Positions 47,806-57,957 are shown, numbered from the stretch's first letter. The stretch is 64,000 bases of DNA from Candidatus Poribacteria bacterium (GCA_965198235.1 OZ240248.1:1120001-1184000), one strand, 5' to 3'. Made by a program: numbers and translations. The notes: generated by a model from the sequence alone, not told the origin.

Positions 47806-47967
47806 ATGACGTTGGCTCAAACCTTATTCTCTTTCAACGGTCGGATTAATCGGGCAAAATACTGGACAATACATCTGCTGATATTAGCGGCGTTTTTTGA
47901 ATTAGGCTTTCGCAAAGGAACAGATGGGCCAAATCATTTTGGGGCAGACCCGTTGGAGGATTCATGA
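47806..47967 (+). pseudogene. Internally deleted DUF805-like protein (53 aa, in frame)
   Basis: LFSFNGRINRAKYW joined almost directly to ELGFRKGTDGPNHFGADP; GAGG RBS; ATGA overlap with the next gene. Confidence 0.65.
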
Positions 47968-48206
47968 ACTCGCCAGAGCATCGCAAGCGAAATCGTCACC
48001 TTGGACTCATTTTATGTCTACTGTTTGCAGGATTGTTTGTCATCGTAACGACTGCAATTATTACGGGCAGCAAAGCACCTCAATCTGTTGAAAGTGTCGT
48101 CAAGGGTCTGGTTGTCCCTGTTTTGGGTGTCATCGGGTTGCTACTGATTATCGCGGCGGTCGTTGAGGTTGTTCTTCGGATTTTAAAAAATAGAGCGCGT
48201 GAATGA
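47964..48206 (+). CDS. Small 2-TM membrane protein
   Basis: GGAGG RBS, two hydrophobic helices, overlaps coxC start. Confidence 0.7.
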   Translation: MNSPEHRKRNRHLGLILCLLFAGLFVIVTTAIITGSKAPQSVESVVKGLVVPVLGVIGLLLIIAAVVEVVLRILKNRARE

Positions 48207-48784
48207 TGGCACAAATACACGAGCGTCCGCCCTTGAGCAACGCACGATTGGGGATATTAGTCCTGCTCGGTGCAGAGACGATGCTGTTTTCGGGCCTTAT
48301 CGGTACATTTCTCGTCTTTCGAGTGGGGAACGTCACATGGCCCCCGCCGTCGCATATCGGGATTGAACTGCCACGTGCGGTAACCGGCATCAATACTGCT
48401 CTGCTCTTATTGAGCGGTTACACGATGTTTCAGGCACGCCGCGCAATTCAGAAAAACCGGGTGAAGCAGCTCCGCACTTGGCTACTTCTCACCGGAGGGC
48501 TTGGCTTACTCTTCCTCGGCGTACAGGGAAGCGAGTGGGTACAACTGATTCGCAACGGGCTCACGCTCCAATCTGGGGTATATGGCGGTATCTTTTATGT
48601 ACTCATCGGATGCCATGCCGTTCACGTGTTCAGTGCTGTTATCTGGTTGTTTATAGTTTTTGGAATGGCGATGGCAGGACGTTTCTCTGCCGAACGTTAC
48701 GTCGGCGTAGATACCTGTACTATCTACTGGATTTTTGTCGTCGCACTTTGGCCAATTCTGTATGTGTTGGTATATCTCTTGTAG
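48203..48784 (+). CDS. Heme-copper oxidase subunit III (copy 1)
   Basis: ETMLF, NT.LLL.S, GCHAVHV, YWIFV. Confidence 0.9.
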   Translation: MMAQIHERPPLSNARLGILVLLGAETMLFSGLIGTFLVFRVGNVTWPPPSHIGIELPRAVTGINTALLLLSGYTMFQARRAIQKNRVKQLRTWLLLTGGLGLLFLGVQGSEWVQLIRNGLTLQSGVYGGIFYVLIGCHAVHVFSAVIWLFIVFGMAMAGRFSAERYVGVDTCTIYWIFVVALWPILYVLVYLL

Positions 48785-48807
48785 ACATCGTGGAGGAAAT
48801 CATAAAA

Positions 48808-49044
48808 ATGCAAGGGTTTTTTGTATGGGCTTCCATCTTGATACTCGTCATGCTTATAGTCCCGATGTCCCTTGAGGCATGTCCAGGCTGTAAAGAACTT
48901 GATGATCCTATCAATAAGGGTTTTAATTGGAGTATCCTTTTTCTGATGGCGATGCCGTTTACGGTTTTCGGTCTCATCGGTGGCACAGTTTATTTACATT
49001 ACCGACGTGCAAACAGGAAACCGACGGATCAAGAAACCATCTAA
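48808..49044 (+). CDS. Small CxxC membrane protein
   Basis: GGAGG RBS; signal-like segment, ACPGCK, then TM SILFLMAMPF. Confidence 0.7.
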   Translation: MQGFFVWASILILVMLIVPMSLEACPGCKELDDPINKGFNWSILFLMAMPFTVFGLIGGTVYLHYRRANRKPTDQETI

Positions 49045-49148
49045 TCAAGATAGTTGTTAGTTATCAGGACACACTTAAAACTGGATTCTGATAATTCCAA
49101 ATCCTTCTTTAACTGATAACCGATAGCTAATATAAGGAGTTAAATGTA

Positions 49149-49799
49149 GTGGAACACGCTACCACTTTAGATCATACTGAAGATATATATGAACCTTCGC
49201 TTACGCCGGATAGCCTTGGCAAACTCGGCATGTGGATTTTCCTCGCTGGAGACACCATGTCGTTTGGCGCACTGCTGGCGACTTATGCCGCGATCCGTGT
49301 GGGTGCAGGCGCAGTCGGATGGGCCCCGCCAAGCGAGGTTCTCGGCATTAACCTAACCGCATTTATGACATTCCTGCTGATATGCAGTAGTGTCACTATG
49401 GTGAAAGCGTTGGAGTCGATTCAGAACGGCAATGTCTCACGCATGTGCATGTTCCTTGGGTTGACGATCGGGGGAGGAGTCATCTTCCTTGGGCTACAGG
49501 CTTATGAATGGTATCATCTAATCCATCACGGATTGACGCTTACTGGTATCCCTGACCACGGGTTGTCAGGTGCAGCGATTAGCGGCTCGAACCTTTTTGG
49601 TCCCACTTTCTACGCCATCACAGGTTTCCACGGAATGCACGTGACCGGGGGTGTCATTTATCTCTTGGTTATCTTGATACACGGCTTACGCGGCAGATAT
49701 ACAGCTGAGTTTAACCATGAGGTAGAGATCGTCGGGCTCTATTGGCACTTCGTCGATCTTATTTGGATTATGGTCTTCACCTTCATCTATCTAATATAG
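49149..49799 (+). CDS. Heme-copper oxidase subunit III (copy 2)
   Basis: GKLGMWIFL, TGFHGMHV, GLYWHFVDLIW. Confidence 0.93.
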   Translation: MEHATTLDHTEDIYEPSLTPDSLGKLGMWIFLAGDTMSFGALLATYAAIRVGAGAVGWAPPSEVLGINLTAFMTFLLICSSVTMVKALESIQNGNVSRMCMFLGLTIGGGVIFLGLQAYEWYHLIHHGLTLTGIPDHGLSGAAISGSNLFGPTFYAITGFHGMHVTGGVIYLLVILIHGLRGRYTAEFNHEVEIVGLYWHFVDLIWIMVFTFIYLI

Positions 49800-49811
49800 G
49801 AGGACAGGAAA

Positions 49812-50147
49812 ATGGCACAGGACGGACACAAAGAGCATCCGAAATACATGAATATTTTCTGGTGGCTCCTTGCACTCACCATTATTGAGATTGCTGTAGC
49901 AATCCCTGATTACGTTGCTATACTCAAAGGCATACTACTCATCGGACTCGCATGTTCTAAAGCACTCTTAGTTGCTAATTATTTCATGCATCTGAAGTTT
50001 GAAAAGAGGACGTTGGCGATTATCGTGGTAACGCCTTTCTTTATCTGCGTTCTACTCGTTTTCGCGTTGATGCCCGACCTCACATCAGATGCACGGCACG
50101 GGGAAATAGAGAAACCGGCGGAAGTTGTGGATACGTCATCTCACTAA
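49812..50147 (+). CDS. Cytochrome c oxidase subunit IV
   Basis: LTIIE, KA.LV..YFMHLKFE. Confidence 0.9.
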   Translation: MAQDGHKEHPKYMNIFWWLLALTIIEIAVAIPDYVAILKGILLIGLACSKALLVANYFMHLKFEKRTLAIIVVTPFFICVLLVFALMPDLTSDARHGEIEKPAEVVDTSSH

Positions 50148-50207
50148 CTACTGGTTGGTGCTGGATGTGGAAACACCATAGGTATCAGTTTAGGAACGAT
50201 CTTCATC

Positions 50208-50518
50208 GTAGTGCTTTATCCAGTTTCAAATTGAAGGTAAACCTGGTTCGTAGTAGCGCAATTCATTGCGCATTCGGGACGTGCGATAAATCGCACGACT
50301 ACGAATTTACCCTAAAATTCAAAATGGATAGAACAGTAGGTTGGGTTGAACGGACTGGAGCGAAACGTTCGCATCTCAAAAAACGGTGTTTGAACTATAC
50401 ACCTACGATTGCAGAGATGCCGAGTGAAACCCAACACGCTACTAAAGACGTTGGACACACAGAGAGCCTAAAATCCGCGAAATCTGATAAATCCGCGAGA
50501 ATCCGCGATTCAGACAAT
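50208..50518. repeat. Composite repeat block (TIR shell, REP doublet, GTAGGTTGGG REP, AATCCGCG repeat)
   Basis: GTAGTAGCGCAATTCATTGCGC also near 53651; AAATCCGCG..AATCCGCGATTCAGACAA also near 58232. Confidence 0.7.
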
Positions 50519-50588
50519 ACGGACATAACAACACTTCAAGAAGAACACGTTCATCGGCTTCTTAAATTTGACGCTTATGGTGCTGGGT

Positions 50589-51227
50589 ATGGAAACACAA
50601 ACTGCCAATACCAATAAAGTTAAACGGCGACTTGACAAAAGCACCCTGATCTGGGTAGTGCTGGGTGTTATTATTATCGGCATCGCGGGGATTAACCTAT
50701 GGTCGGTATTTGATACCAAACCGGAGATGCCAGTCTCTAAAAGTACCGCTGTCGGCGTGCCGGACTTTAGCCTGACGACGCAGCAGGGAGAGCCGCTAAC
50801 ATTGTCCGACATGAAGGGCAAAATTTGGGTCGCAGACTTTATCTTCACCAATTGCCCAACCATTTGTCCGGCAATGACACAGGAGATGGCACGTCTTCAA
50901 TCCGAATTTGTTGCGGATCCGGTCTATTTCGTCTCCTTCTCCGTGGACCCGGAACGAGATACATCAAAGGTCCTTTCGCGCTACGCAACGGCTTATGGTG
51001 CTGACGATAGACGTTGGCACTTTCTTACTGGGGACAAGGCGCATATCTATCAGTTAGCCGAAGACGGGTTCAGTTTAGCCGCGGGACACAACGGCACCGA
51101 AATACTTCATAGCACGCGGTTCGTTCTCATCACGCCGGATGGGAACATCTATGGCTACTACGATAGTCGAAGCAAACCGGCGCTGCTGCGTCTACGGCGG
51201 GATGTCAAGGCACTCCTCGAAAAATGA
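50589..51227 (+). CDS. SCO family copper chaperone
   Basis: FIFTNCPTICP, SVDPERD, HS.RF. Confidence 0.95.
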   Translation: METQTANTNKVKRRLDKSTLIWVVLGVIIIGIAGINLWSVFDTKPEMPVSKSTAVGVPDFSLTTQQGEPLTLSDMKGKIWVADFIFTNCPTICPAMTQEMARLQSEFVADPVYFVSFSVDPERDTSKVLSRYATAYGADDRRWHFLTGDKAHIYQLAEDGFSLAAGHNGTEILHSTRFVLITPDGNIYGYYDSRSKPALLRLRRDVKALLEK

Positions 51228-51493
51228 AAGATGTGAACCTCTTAATCTCCCTCGCGGCTTTTGTGATTCATTTCACGTTCGGATTTTTCCGTGGCGGGTT
51301 TAAGAGATTCAGCCGTCCGTGGAGTAGATGTCTCTACATTCCGATCGTTATTAACATCGTTGTGCGGCGTTTTGTTCTCCACTGGGACTGGCAAACCGCG
51401 ATGGTTTACCTATGGCCCGCAACGTTGATCGCCCATGTCCTCGGTGGTTTTCTGGGGGCGCGTTACAGAAAAGATGAACAGGATGAGCTGTAG
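51224..51493 (+). CDS. Small membrane protein
   Basis: ATGA overlap with SCO gene; hydrophobic segments. Confidence 0.65.
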   Translation: MKDVNLLISLAAFVIHFTFGFFRGGFKRFSRPWSRCLYIPIVINIVVRRFVLHWDWQTAMVYLWPATLIAHVLGGFLGARYRKDEQDEL

Positions 51494-51621
51494 AGATATG
51501 GGCTGGCTCCCCTAACCCGAAAGACCGAAACCATAGCCCGTAACGTAGTGGAGGGCGACTCTTGGGGAAGGCGCGTGGAATACGAAACCTACGTTGTTCT
51601 CCCGCAAGGAAAATTAAAAAA

Positions 51622-53526
51622 ATGATAAAAAAAATTTACGTACCCGTTGACAATTCGGACTACTCGGACGCGAGTATCGCTCTATCAGTTGCGTTCGCGA
51701 GGAAGTTCGGATCCCAATTGGTAGGTTCGCACGTTTACGCCGCAAAAATGCACGATGTTCGCTTTAAACAGATGGAGTACACCCTGCCAGAAGAATATCA
51801 GGACGAGGTCGAACTTGAAAAGCAGCGTCGTATCCACGATACGCTCATTACCATGGGGCTACAGCTGATCTCGGATTCCTATCTTGAGGTGATGAAGCAG
51901 AAGTGCACTGAATTTGGGATTCCATTTGAAGCGAGAATGCCGGAAGGCAAACACTTCATAAAACTCGTTGAAGACATTCAGGAAGGCGATTACGATCTTG
52001 TGATTATGGGCGCACTCGGTATGGGTGCCGTCAAGGATAGCCTCATTGGTGGGGTCTGTGAACGCGTCGTCCGCCGTATTAATACCGATACGCTTGTCGT
52101 CCGGGACCTCGAATCGATTGAAGAGAGCGAGGGAAATATCCTCGTCGGAATTGATGGAAGTCCGGAGTCTTTCTCAGGCTTGAAAACCGCGATACAACTC
52201 GGACAAATGCTCAATAAACAGGTCGAAGCCGTTGGTGTCTACGATCCCTATCTACACTACATCGTCTTCAATTCTGTTGTGAATGTGCTCACGGAACGCG
52301 CCGCGAGGACTTTTAGATTTAAAGAGCAGGAGCAACTCCACGAAGAGGTAATAGATACAGGCTTGGCAAAAATCTATCAGTCACATCTGGAGGTTGCACG
52401 CTCTATTGCAAAAGAGGAACACGACTACGCTCTAAAAATTACCCTGCTTGATGGAAAAGCCTACGAAAAGATTCTACAATACGTACGAAAAACAAACCCA
52501 TGGCTCCTGGTCTTGGGCAGAATCGGAGTCCACAGTGAACAGGATATGGACATCGGTAGTACTGCCGAAAATCTGTTGCGTCTGGCACCTTGCAATGTCC
52601 TCTTATCGAGTCAACGCTATTTCCCACAAATCGATGTGAAAGCGGAAGAGACGCTCGTCTGGACGCAGGAGGCTTTAGATAGGATGGAGAAAGCACCACC
52701 CCTCGTGCGCGGCATCGCCAAGACAGCCGTCCATCGGTTCGCTATAGAACGCGGGCATTCCGTCATTACCGAGAGCGTCATTGACATGGCGATGGAAGCA
52801 ATTATGCCACAACGTGCTTCTGAAAAGTTGACACGTGTCGCCAAGGAAATCGCCGAACAGAAAGTACTGGAATCGGATGCCGTACAAACGTACATCTGTG
52901 GCGAATGTGGCTACGCCGCGCACAATCAACAACCCGTGAGATGTCCCGTTTGTAGTTCGGCACCGGAGCGTTTTCAGAGGGTTGACAAGGGGTCATTGCA
53001 GAATATCGCTGTAGATGAGGGTGGCGCTGCCGAGGAAGAGACGTTTGACGGCGTGCGACTCCAGTGGTCGGAACAGGCGAAAAAGGCACTGCGGCGTGTC
53101 CCGCGCGGCTATATGCGCCGAAACGTCAAAGCGCGCATTGAGAAATCCGCACGTTCTCAAAAGATTGCCACTATCACAAACGCCTTCGCAACCGAAATTA
53201 TTGACGACAGCATGGGTGAAGCGGCAGCAGTCCGCGAAGATGCTCCCGAACTCAGAGCCGTACAAGCGCAGAGCGGTCCCCAAAATGCTGAGGTCATTCA
53301 GAATTTTGAAAGTCCAGTACAATGGACGACGGAGGCGGTCGAACGCTTAAACTTAGTGCCTGCTGGATTTATGCGGAATATTACGCAAACTCGGATTGAA
53401 CAGCGGGCGCAAGAGAACAACCTTAACCAAGTTACGCTTGATTTCGCCGCACGGGTCATTGAGGACGGTAGAAGTCTTGCCAATGAGGTGCTTGGGCAGT
53501 ACTATCAACAGTCAGATCAGGATTGA
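51622..53526 (+). CDS. Tandem-USP protein with rubredoxin-like knuckle and three PCP_red-like repeats
   Basis: VPVDNS and VGIDGS USP starts; CGECG..CPVC; three W(T/S)xxA..(R/K)..P..(V/M)R repeats. Confidence 0.85.
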   Translation: MIKKIYVPVDNSDYSDASIALSVAFARKFGSQLVGSHVYAAKMHDVRFKQMEYTLPEEYQDEVELEKQRRIHDTLITMGLQLISDSYLEVMKQKCTEFGIPFEARMPEGKHFIKLVEDIQEGDYDLVIMGALGMGAVKDSLIGGVCERVVRRINTDTLVVRDLESIEESEGNILVGIDGSPESFSGLKTAIQLGQMLNKQVEAVGVYDPYLHYIVFNSVVNVLTERAARTFRFKEQEQLHEEVIDTGLAKIYQSHLEVARSIAKEEHDYALKITLLDGKAYEKILQYVRKTNPWLLVLGRIGVHSEQDMDIGSTAENLLRLAPCNVLLSSQRYFPQIDVKAEETLVWTQEALDRMEKAPPLVRGIAKTAVHRFAIERGHSVITESVIDMAMEAIMPQRASEKLTRVAKEIAEQKVLESDAVQTYICGECGYAAHNQQPVRCPVCSSAPERFQRVDKGSLQNIAVDEGGAAEEETFDGVRLQWSEQAKKALRRVPRGYMRRNVKARIEKSARSQKIATITNAFATEIIDDSMGEAAAVREDAPELRAVQAQSGPQNAEVIQNFESPVQWTTEAVERLNLVPAGFMRNITQTRIEQRAQENNLNQVTLDFAARVIEDGRSLANEVLGQYYQQSDQD

Positions 53527-53608
53527 TATTCTCTCCATCTTAAAGCGTGGAGATTCTTTTGCTTCGTATCTTATCGTAGTGGACAAAAGTTACAGAAGTT
53601 TATAGAAT

Positions 53609-53728
53609 AGGACTTACGCAGTTCACCCGTTTTCGTGGGGTCTTTCGTTCGTAGTAGCGCAATTCATTGCGCGTTCTTCGGTAATATCCGCTCAAGGTCG
53701 GCATCGACTCCAAATGTGCGTAAGTCCT
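53609..53728. mobile_element. MITE-like element, AGGACTTACGCA TIR family
   Basis: Perfect TIR; internal REP GTAGTAGCGCAATTCATTGCGC. Confidence 0.75.
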
Positions 53729-54011
53729 ATCTCTCTCCAATCTGGAGTTTCCCATTTTCACAAACGAAGGCTATGTGATAGAAGCAGGACATGAGTTTCT
53801 GGAATATAGTATGGGGAGTTTATCAAAAATAATGCCTTATCAGTCGAATGGTCCTGATAGAGGCGTGTGGACAGATTTTTAAGCTATTAACTCTGGTCAC
53901 CGTTCCACTTCGTTTCACGGTGGTTTTCGGTTAACTCCGAACAGTTATTGTTAAGCGAAAGTGCGCAGCTTGAAACGAAGTGGAAAGCGGATATACGTAA
54001 AGGAACGTTCA

Positions 54012-55304
54012 ATGCGAAACCCACCTCACCGAACCGCAAGGAAAATTGGAAATACACTAACACTCCTACTTGGGGTGTTTATCCTTGTCGCGAATGGTTT
54101 TACTGACAATTGGCACCAGTGGCGCGGACCGAACAACGACGGTGTCAGCCAAGAGACCGATGCGCCTATCCAATGGAGCCAAACCGAGAACGTCCGATGG
54201 CGTTTGCCACTTCCCGGTGCCGCCGCCTCTACCCCCGTTGTCTGGGAAGATAAAATTTTCCTCACCTCTGCTGAAGGCAATGCACTTGTTTTGATGTGTA
54301 TCAGTACCGGAGGTGAAGAACTCTGGAAGCGGACTTTAGGACGTGGCAACCGCGTCGTCAGCGGCGGCGAAGGCAATTCTGCCGCTCCCTCTCCCGTAAC
54401 CGATGGCGAACACGTCTGGGCGTTCCTCGGCACTGGGGATCTTGCCTGCTACGATTTCGATGGGAATCAGGTTTGGCACACCAATCTCGCCGACCGTTAC
54501 GGCAGGTTTAACCTCTATTTCGTCATGTCAACAACCCCGCTGCTTGATAAGGATCGGCTTTACATCCAACTCATCCACAGCAATGCATGGCTCGTACTGG
54601 CACTCGACAAAATGACGGGGAAAGAGATCTGGAAGCATAAACGCAAAAGCGACGCAACTGAGGAGTGTGAACACGCCTATACCTCTCCTATTCTCTACCG
54701 TGATTCAGAACGCGAATATCTCGTTGTACACGGCGCAGACTATGTCACTGCTCACAGCCTCAATGATGGCAGTGAAATCTGGCGGTGTGGTGACTTGAAT
54801 CCGAAGGAGCGTTATAACTACTCCCTCCGATTCGTCGCTTCTCCCGTTGCAATGGAGGGGCTCATCGTCGTCCCCTCAGCGAAAAACGGGCCTGTTGTGG
54901 GCATTGATCCGGCTGCACAAGGCGATATTACGAACGGTAAGTGGCAACGTTGGAAACTTCGACAAGGCACGCCAGATGTCCCGTCCCCGCTTATCCATGA
55001 CGGTTTAGTTTATCTCTGTCGAGAAAACGGTGATCTGATATGTCTTGATGCCGAGACGGGCAAACAACTCTATCGAGAAGGGACACATCGCCACCGACAT
55101 CGCGCCTCGCCGATCTATGCGAATGGGTTTGTCTACCTTACATCTCGAGACGGTGTTATCAATGTCGTGAAGGCGGGACGTGAATTTGAAATCGTTGCCA
55201 GGAACTCCATGGGGGAAGCCATCGCCGCATCTCCTGTTATCGCAAACGGGACGCTCTATCTGCGCAGCTATCAGGCACTCTATGCCATCGGTGGGAAAGA
55301 ATGA
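54012..55304 (+). CDS. PQQ-like beta-propeller repeat protein
   Basis: NWHQWRGP, repeated SP/TP-x-W blades. Confidence 0.9.
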   Translation: MRNPPHRTARKIGNTLTLLLGVFILVANGFTDNWHQWRGPNNDGVSQETDAPIQWSQTENVRWRLPLPGAAASTPVVWEDKIFLTSAEGNALVLMCISTGGEELWKRTLGRGNRVVSGGEGNSAAPSPVTDGEHVWAFLGTGDLACYDFDGNQVWHTNLADRYGRFNLYFVMSTTPLLDKDRLYIQLIHSNAWLVLALDKMTGKEIWKHKRKSDATEECEHAYTSPILYRDSEREYLVVHGADYVTAHSLNDGSEIWRCGDLNPKERYNYSLRFVASPVAMEGLIVVPSAKNGPVVGIDPAAQGDITNGKWQRWKLRQGTPDVPSPLIHDGLVYLCRENGDLICLDAETGKQLYREGTHRHRHRASPIYANGFVYLTSRDGVINVVKAGREFEIVARNSMGEAIAASPVIANGTLYLRSYQALYAIGGKE

Positions 55305-56194
55305 GGACTTACAAAGAACTCCCAAGCGATGCCGGCTCCAACATTATCGGGCAAGTCACGGCGCAGGTGAACCGACTCCAGAAACGGCTCGCTTCTGTCA
55401 AGCACACAGTCGCGATTATGAGCGGGAAAGGCGGAGTCGGCAAGAGCTCACTCACTGCGAACCTCGCCACCGCCCTCACGCTGAAGGGTAACACTGTCGG
55501 GGTCGTCGATGCTGACATCAACGGACCGACGCTTGCCAAGATGATGGGGGTGCGTAACGCTACGTTGGAATACACACCCGCGGGAGTCAAGCCTGCTGTT
55601 ACCGCACTCGGCACGAAACTTATCTCTATGGATCTACTCTTGGCAGAAGACGATGCCCCGGTACTCTGGAGTGCTCACACCCAGAAGGACGCGTTCACGT
55701 GGCGTAGCACGATGGAGGTCGGCGCGCTCCGAGAGTTCATCGCCGATACCGAGTGGGGAGCACTGGATTACCTCCTGCTCGACCTGCCACCCGGAACCGA
55801 CCGGCTTCCGAACGTGGCAGAACTCATCCCCGACCTTGGCGGTGTAGTCGTCGTGACAATCCCGTCTGAGGTCTCGCAACTCATCGTCAAGAAATCGGTA
55901 ACAATGGCGAGAGACATTCTCAAGGTCCCAATCATCGGTGTTGTCGAAAATATGGCTTTCTATGTCTGTCAGCACTGCGGCGAGGCGGAACCCCTCTTTT
56001 CCACCGACGAGACACTGGACACTGCATTCCAGCAGGTAATCCTCGGTAGTGTCCCCTTTGATCCGAGACTCGCCCGTTCCAATGACGACGGCACCCTTTA
56101 TCTTGATGAATACCCGGACGCTCCCGCGAGCAAGGCACTCATGCAGGTGGTTGAAAAAGTTCAAGCGTTTTTTGAATGTAGGACGAACTGTTAG
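55301..56194 (+). CDS. Mrp/NBP35 (ApbC) P-loop Fe-S carrier ATPase
   Basis: SGKGGVGKS, DADINGP, DLPPGT, ENM..CQHC. Confidence 0.93.
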   Translation: MRTYKELPSDAGSNIIGQVTAQVNRLQKRLASVKHTVAIMSGKGGVGKSSLTANLATALTLKGNTVGVVDADINGPTLAKMMGVRNATLEYTPAGVKPAVTALGTKLISMDLLLAEDDAPVLWSAHTQKDAFTWRSTMEVGALREFIADTEWGALDYLLLDLPPGTDRLPNVAELIPDLGGVVVVTIPSEVSQLIVKKSVTMARDILKVPIIGVVENMAFYVCQHCGEAEPLFSTDETLDTAFQQVILGSVPFDPRLARSNDDGTLYLDEYPDAPASKALMQVVEKVQAFFECRTNC

Positions 56195-56331
56195 TTTGTG
56201 CCCCTTTCGTAACACATTAGCTGCGAGCCGCGCAGTCCGTAACGAAGTGGTTCTCACTGCGAAGCAGGTTCTACGGAGAGGCACGTAAAATACTTTACCC
56301 GTCTCACCGAACCGCAAGGAATAATTAAAAG

Positions 56332-56862
56332 ATGAAATTCTTATGTACAGACTGTGACACAGCGATGAAATTTAAAGACGTGACCCGTCCCGAACAAGGC
56401 TCCGTGACAGCACTTTTTGAATGTCCTGACTGCTTTACAGAGATCGCCATGTTCCTCAATCCGTCGGAAACCCAGATGCTGAAATCCTTGGATCTCAAAC
56501 TCGGTGGGAATAACGAAGCGGCGCAACCGATGCAGATGGTACGTTCACAGTTGGAGACCGCAAAGAGCGAAGCGATGCCTAACGAGTTTTCCCCAGAAAT
56601 GAGTTCGGGTGAAACGACTGAAGGGGGCAAATGCCCCTTTACCTCCGTCATCTCGGACGCATTTCAGGAAGAGTCTGAACCCGCCGAACCGAGCGGTCCC
56701 GTCTGGACAGCGGAGGCACTCGAACGCTTAGAGCGGATTCCAGCGTTTGTTCGTCCGATGGCGAAGATGGGGATCGAAAGTTTTGCCAAAGACAACGGCT
56801 ACGATGAGATTACAGCCGAAGTCATGGATGCCGCACGCGGAAACTTCCCCGCACAGTTCTAA
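56332..56862 (+). CDS. Zn-ribbon plus PCP_red-like domain protein
   Basis: CTDC..CPDC, GKCPF, WTAEALERLERIPAFVR. Confidence 0.8.
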   Translation: MKFLCTDCDTAMKFKDVTRPEQGSVTALFECPDCFTEIAMFLNPSETQMLKSLDLKLGGNNEAAQPMQMVRSQLETAKSEAMPNEFSPEMSSGETTEGGKCPFTSVISDAFQEESEPAEPSGPVWTAEALERLERIPAFVRPMAKMGIESFAKDNGYDEITAEVMDAARGNFPAQF

Positions 56863-57064
56863 TGCCGATCTCCTCTGAAGTCCCGTAGGGACGCAGAAGT
56901 ATTCCGTTCTCCTGTCGAAGGAATATTAGAATATAGGGATCCCTACTGTAAGAGCGAGCTCCAGCTCGCGATTTTTTTCTTTGGAATCCACAGAAAACTG
57001 AAGGACTCTGCGTAGGGACGGCTTCTGCTGCCCCTTGTGTCAGGCAGTGTGCGTCTATCGCCCG

Positions 57065-57957
57065 TTATGCCTCTAAGCGTTCTTGGAATGCCCGAAAACT
57101 ATTGGCTAAGGAAGCATTTAGATTCAACTGCTTGAGACTGTTAAGGTCCTCAATCGCTTCAAGCCTGGGGCTCAGAGTGTTGACATCGGCATCTGGGAAC
57201 CGCGCCTCAAGGACTGCCAAAATGTTTTCAATCATCGCTTGGCGCGCCCCGCGTTCGATGCCTTGCTCAATGCCGCGTTGTATGATGCGTTCGTAAACAG
57301 GAGATTCTTGCATGATTTCCTCCAATACCCGATCCTGAAAAAGTTCAGGCGGGTGGACTAACCCCCCAAAAACGGAGAGCGCATATAATAACGTGCCCCG
57401 CGTCTGCTTGTCTACCGGAGCCGCTTTTGTCGTTTCTATACAGGTCTCAACCCAGGCTTCAGAGGTCATCCCCGAAGGGGGCTGCATCAACGGTGTGAAG
57501 GGGAGTAACCCAACAGAGCCGGGGTCTAAATATGCTTCGCCTTCTAACTCATACACTCGGATCACATTATACGTGAACCGCAAGCCGCCCGTCCCCTCAT
57601 CTCCATACTCGTAATGCCCCGGATCTCTTTGTCCGGCAGGTGGTCGGAGATAGAAAACTGTGGAATAGACGTTCATCTCATGCTGATGTGCGAGAAAACT
57701 TGCATACGCCAACATCCGCAGCGGCATCGGTTTCTCCTGGCTATCGTCGGTTTGTGCCTCTATATGCAGGATAGCGTCCTCGCCTTTGTCAGGTAGCGAT
57801 ATCTGAAACGTCAGATCGCTGTGATGTATCTTAACCGTGGGTTGCTCGGTGTTCAGAGGGCACCGACTTCGACGCGTGCTGTATTCAGTGCTAAGGCTGC
57901 GAGTTGCTCGGGAGAATAATCCGCCAAGTGTTTGAAGAGTTCATCAAAGTGTGCCAT
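57065..57957 (-). pseudogene. Rpn/PD-(D/E)xK-family (DUF4351-like) gene with a 1-bp frameshift
   Basis: MAHFDELFKHLA.. stops at TGA near 57853; another frame continues ..HSDLTF..ILHIEAQT..MPLRM; total length 893 nt (3n+2). Confidence 0.75.

Noticed and set aside
50165-50617. 150-aa ORF between subunit IV and SCO
   Set aside because: It is made almost entirely of stacked repeat elements and is probably open by chance.
51622-56862. Photosynthesis (protochlorophyllide reductase) genes
   Set aside because: Only the short C-terminal-like motif is present; there are no BchL/N/B catalytic domains.
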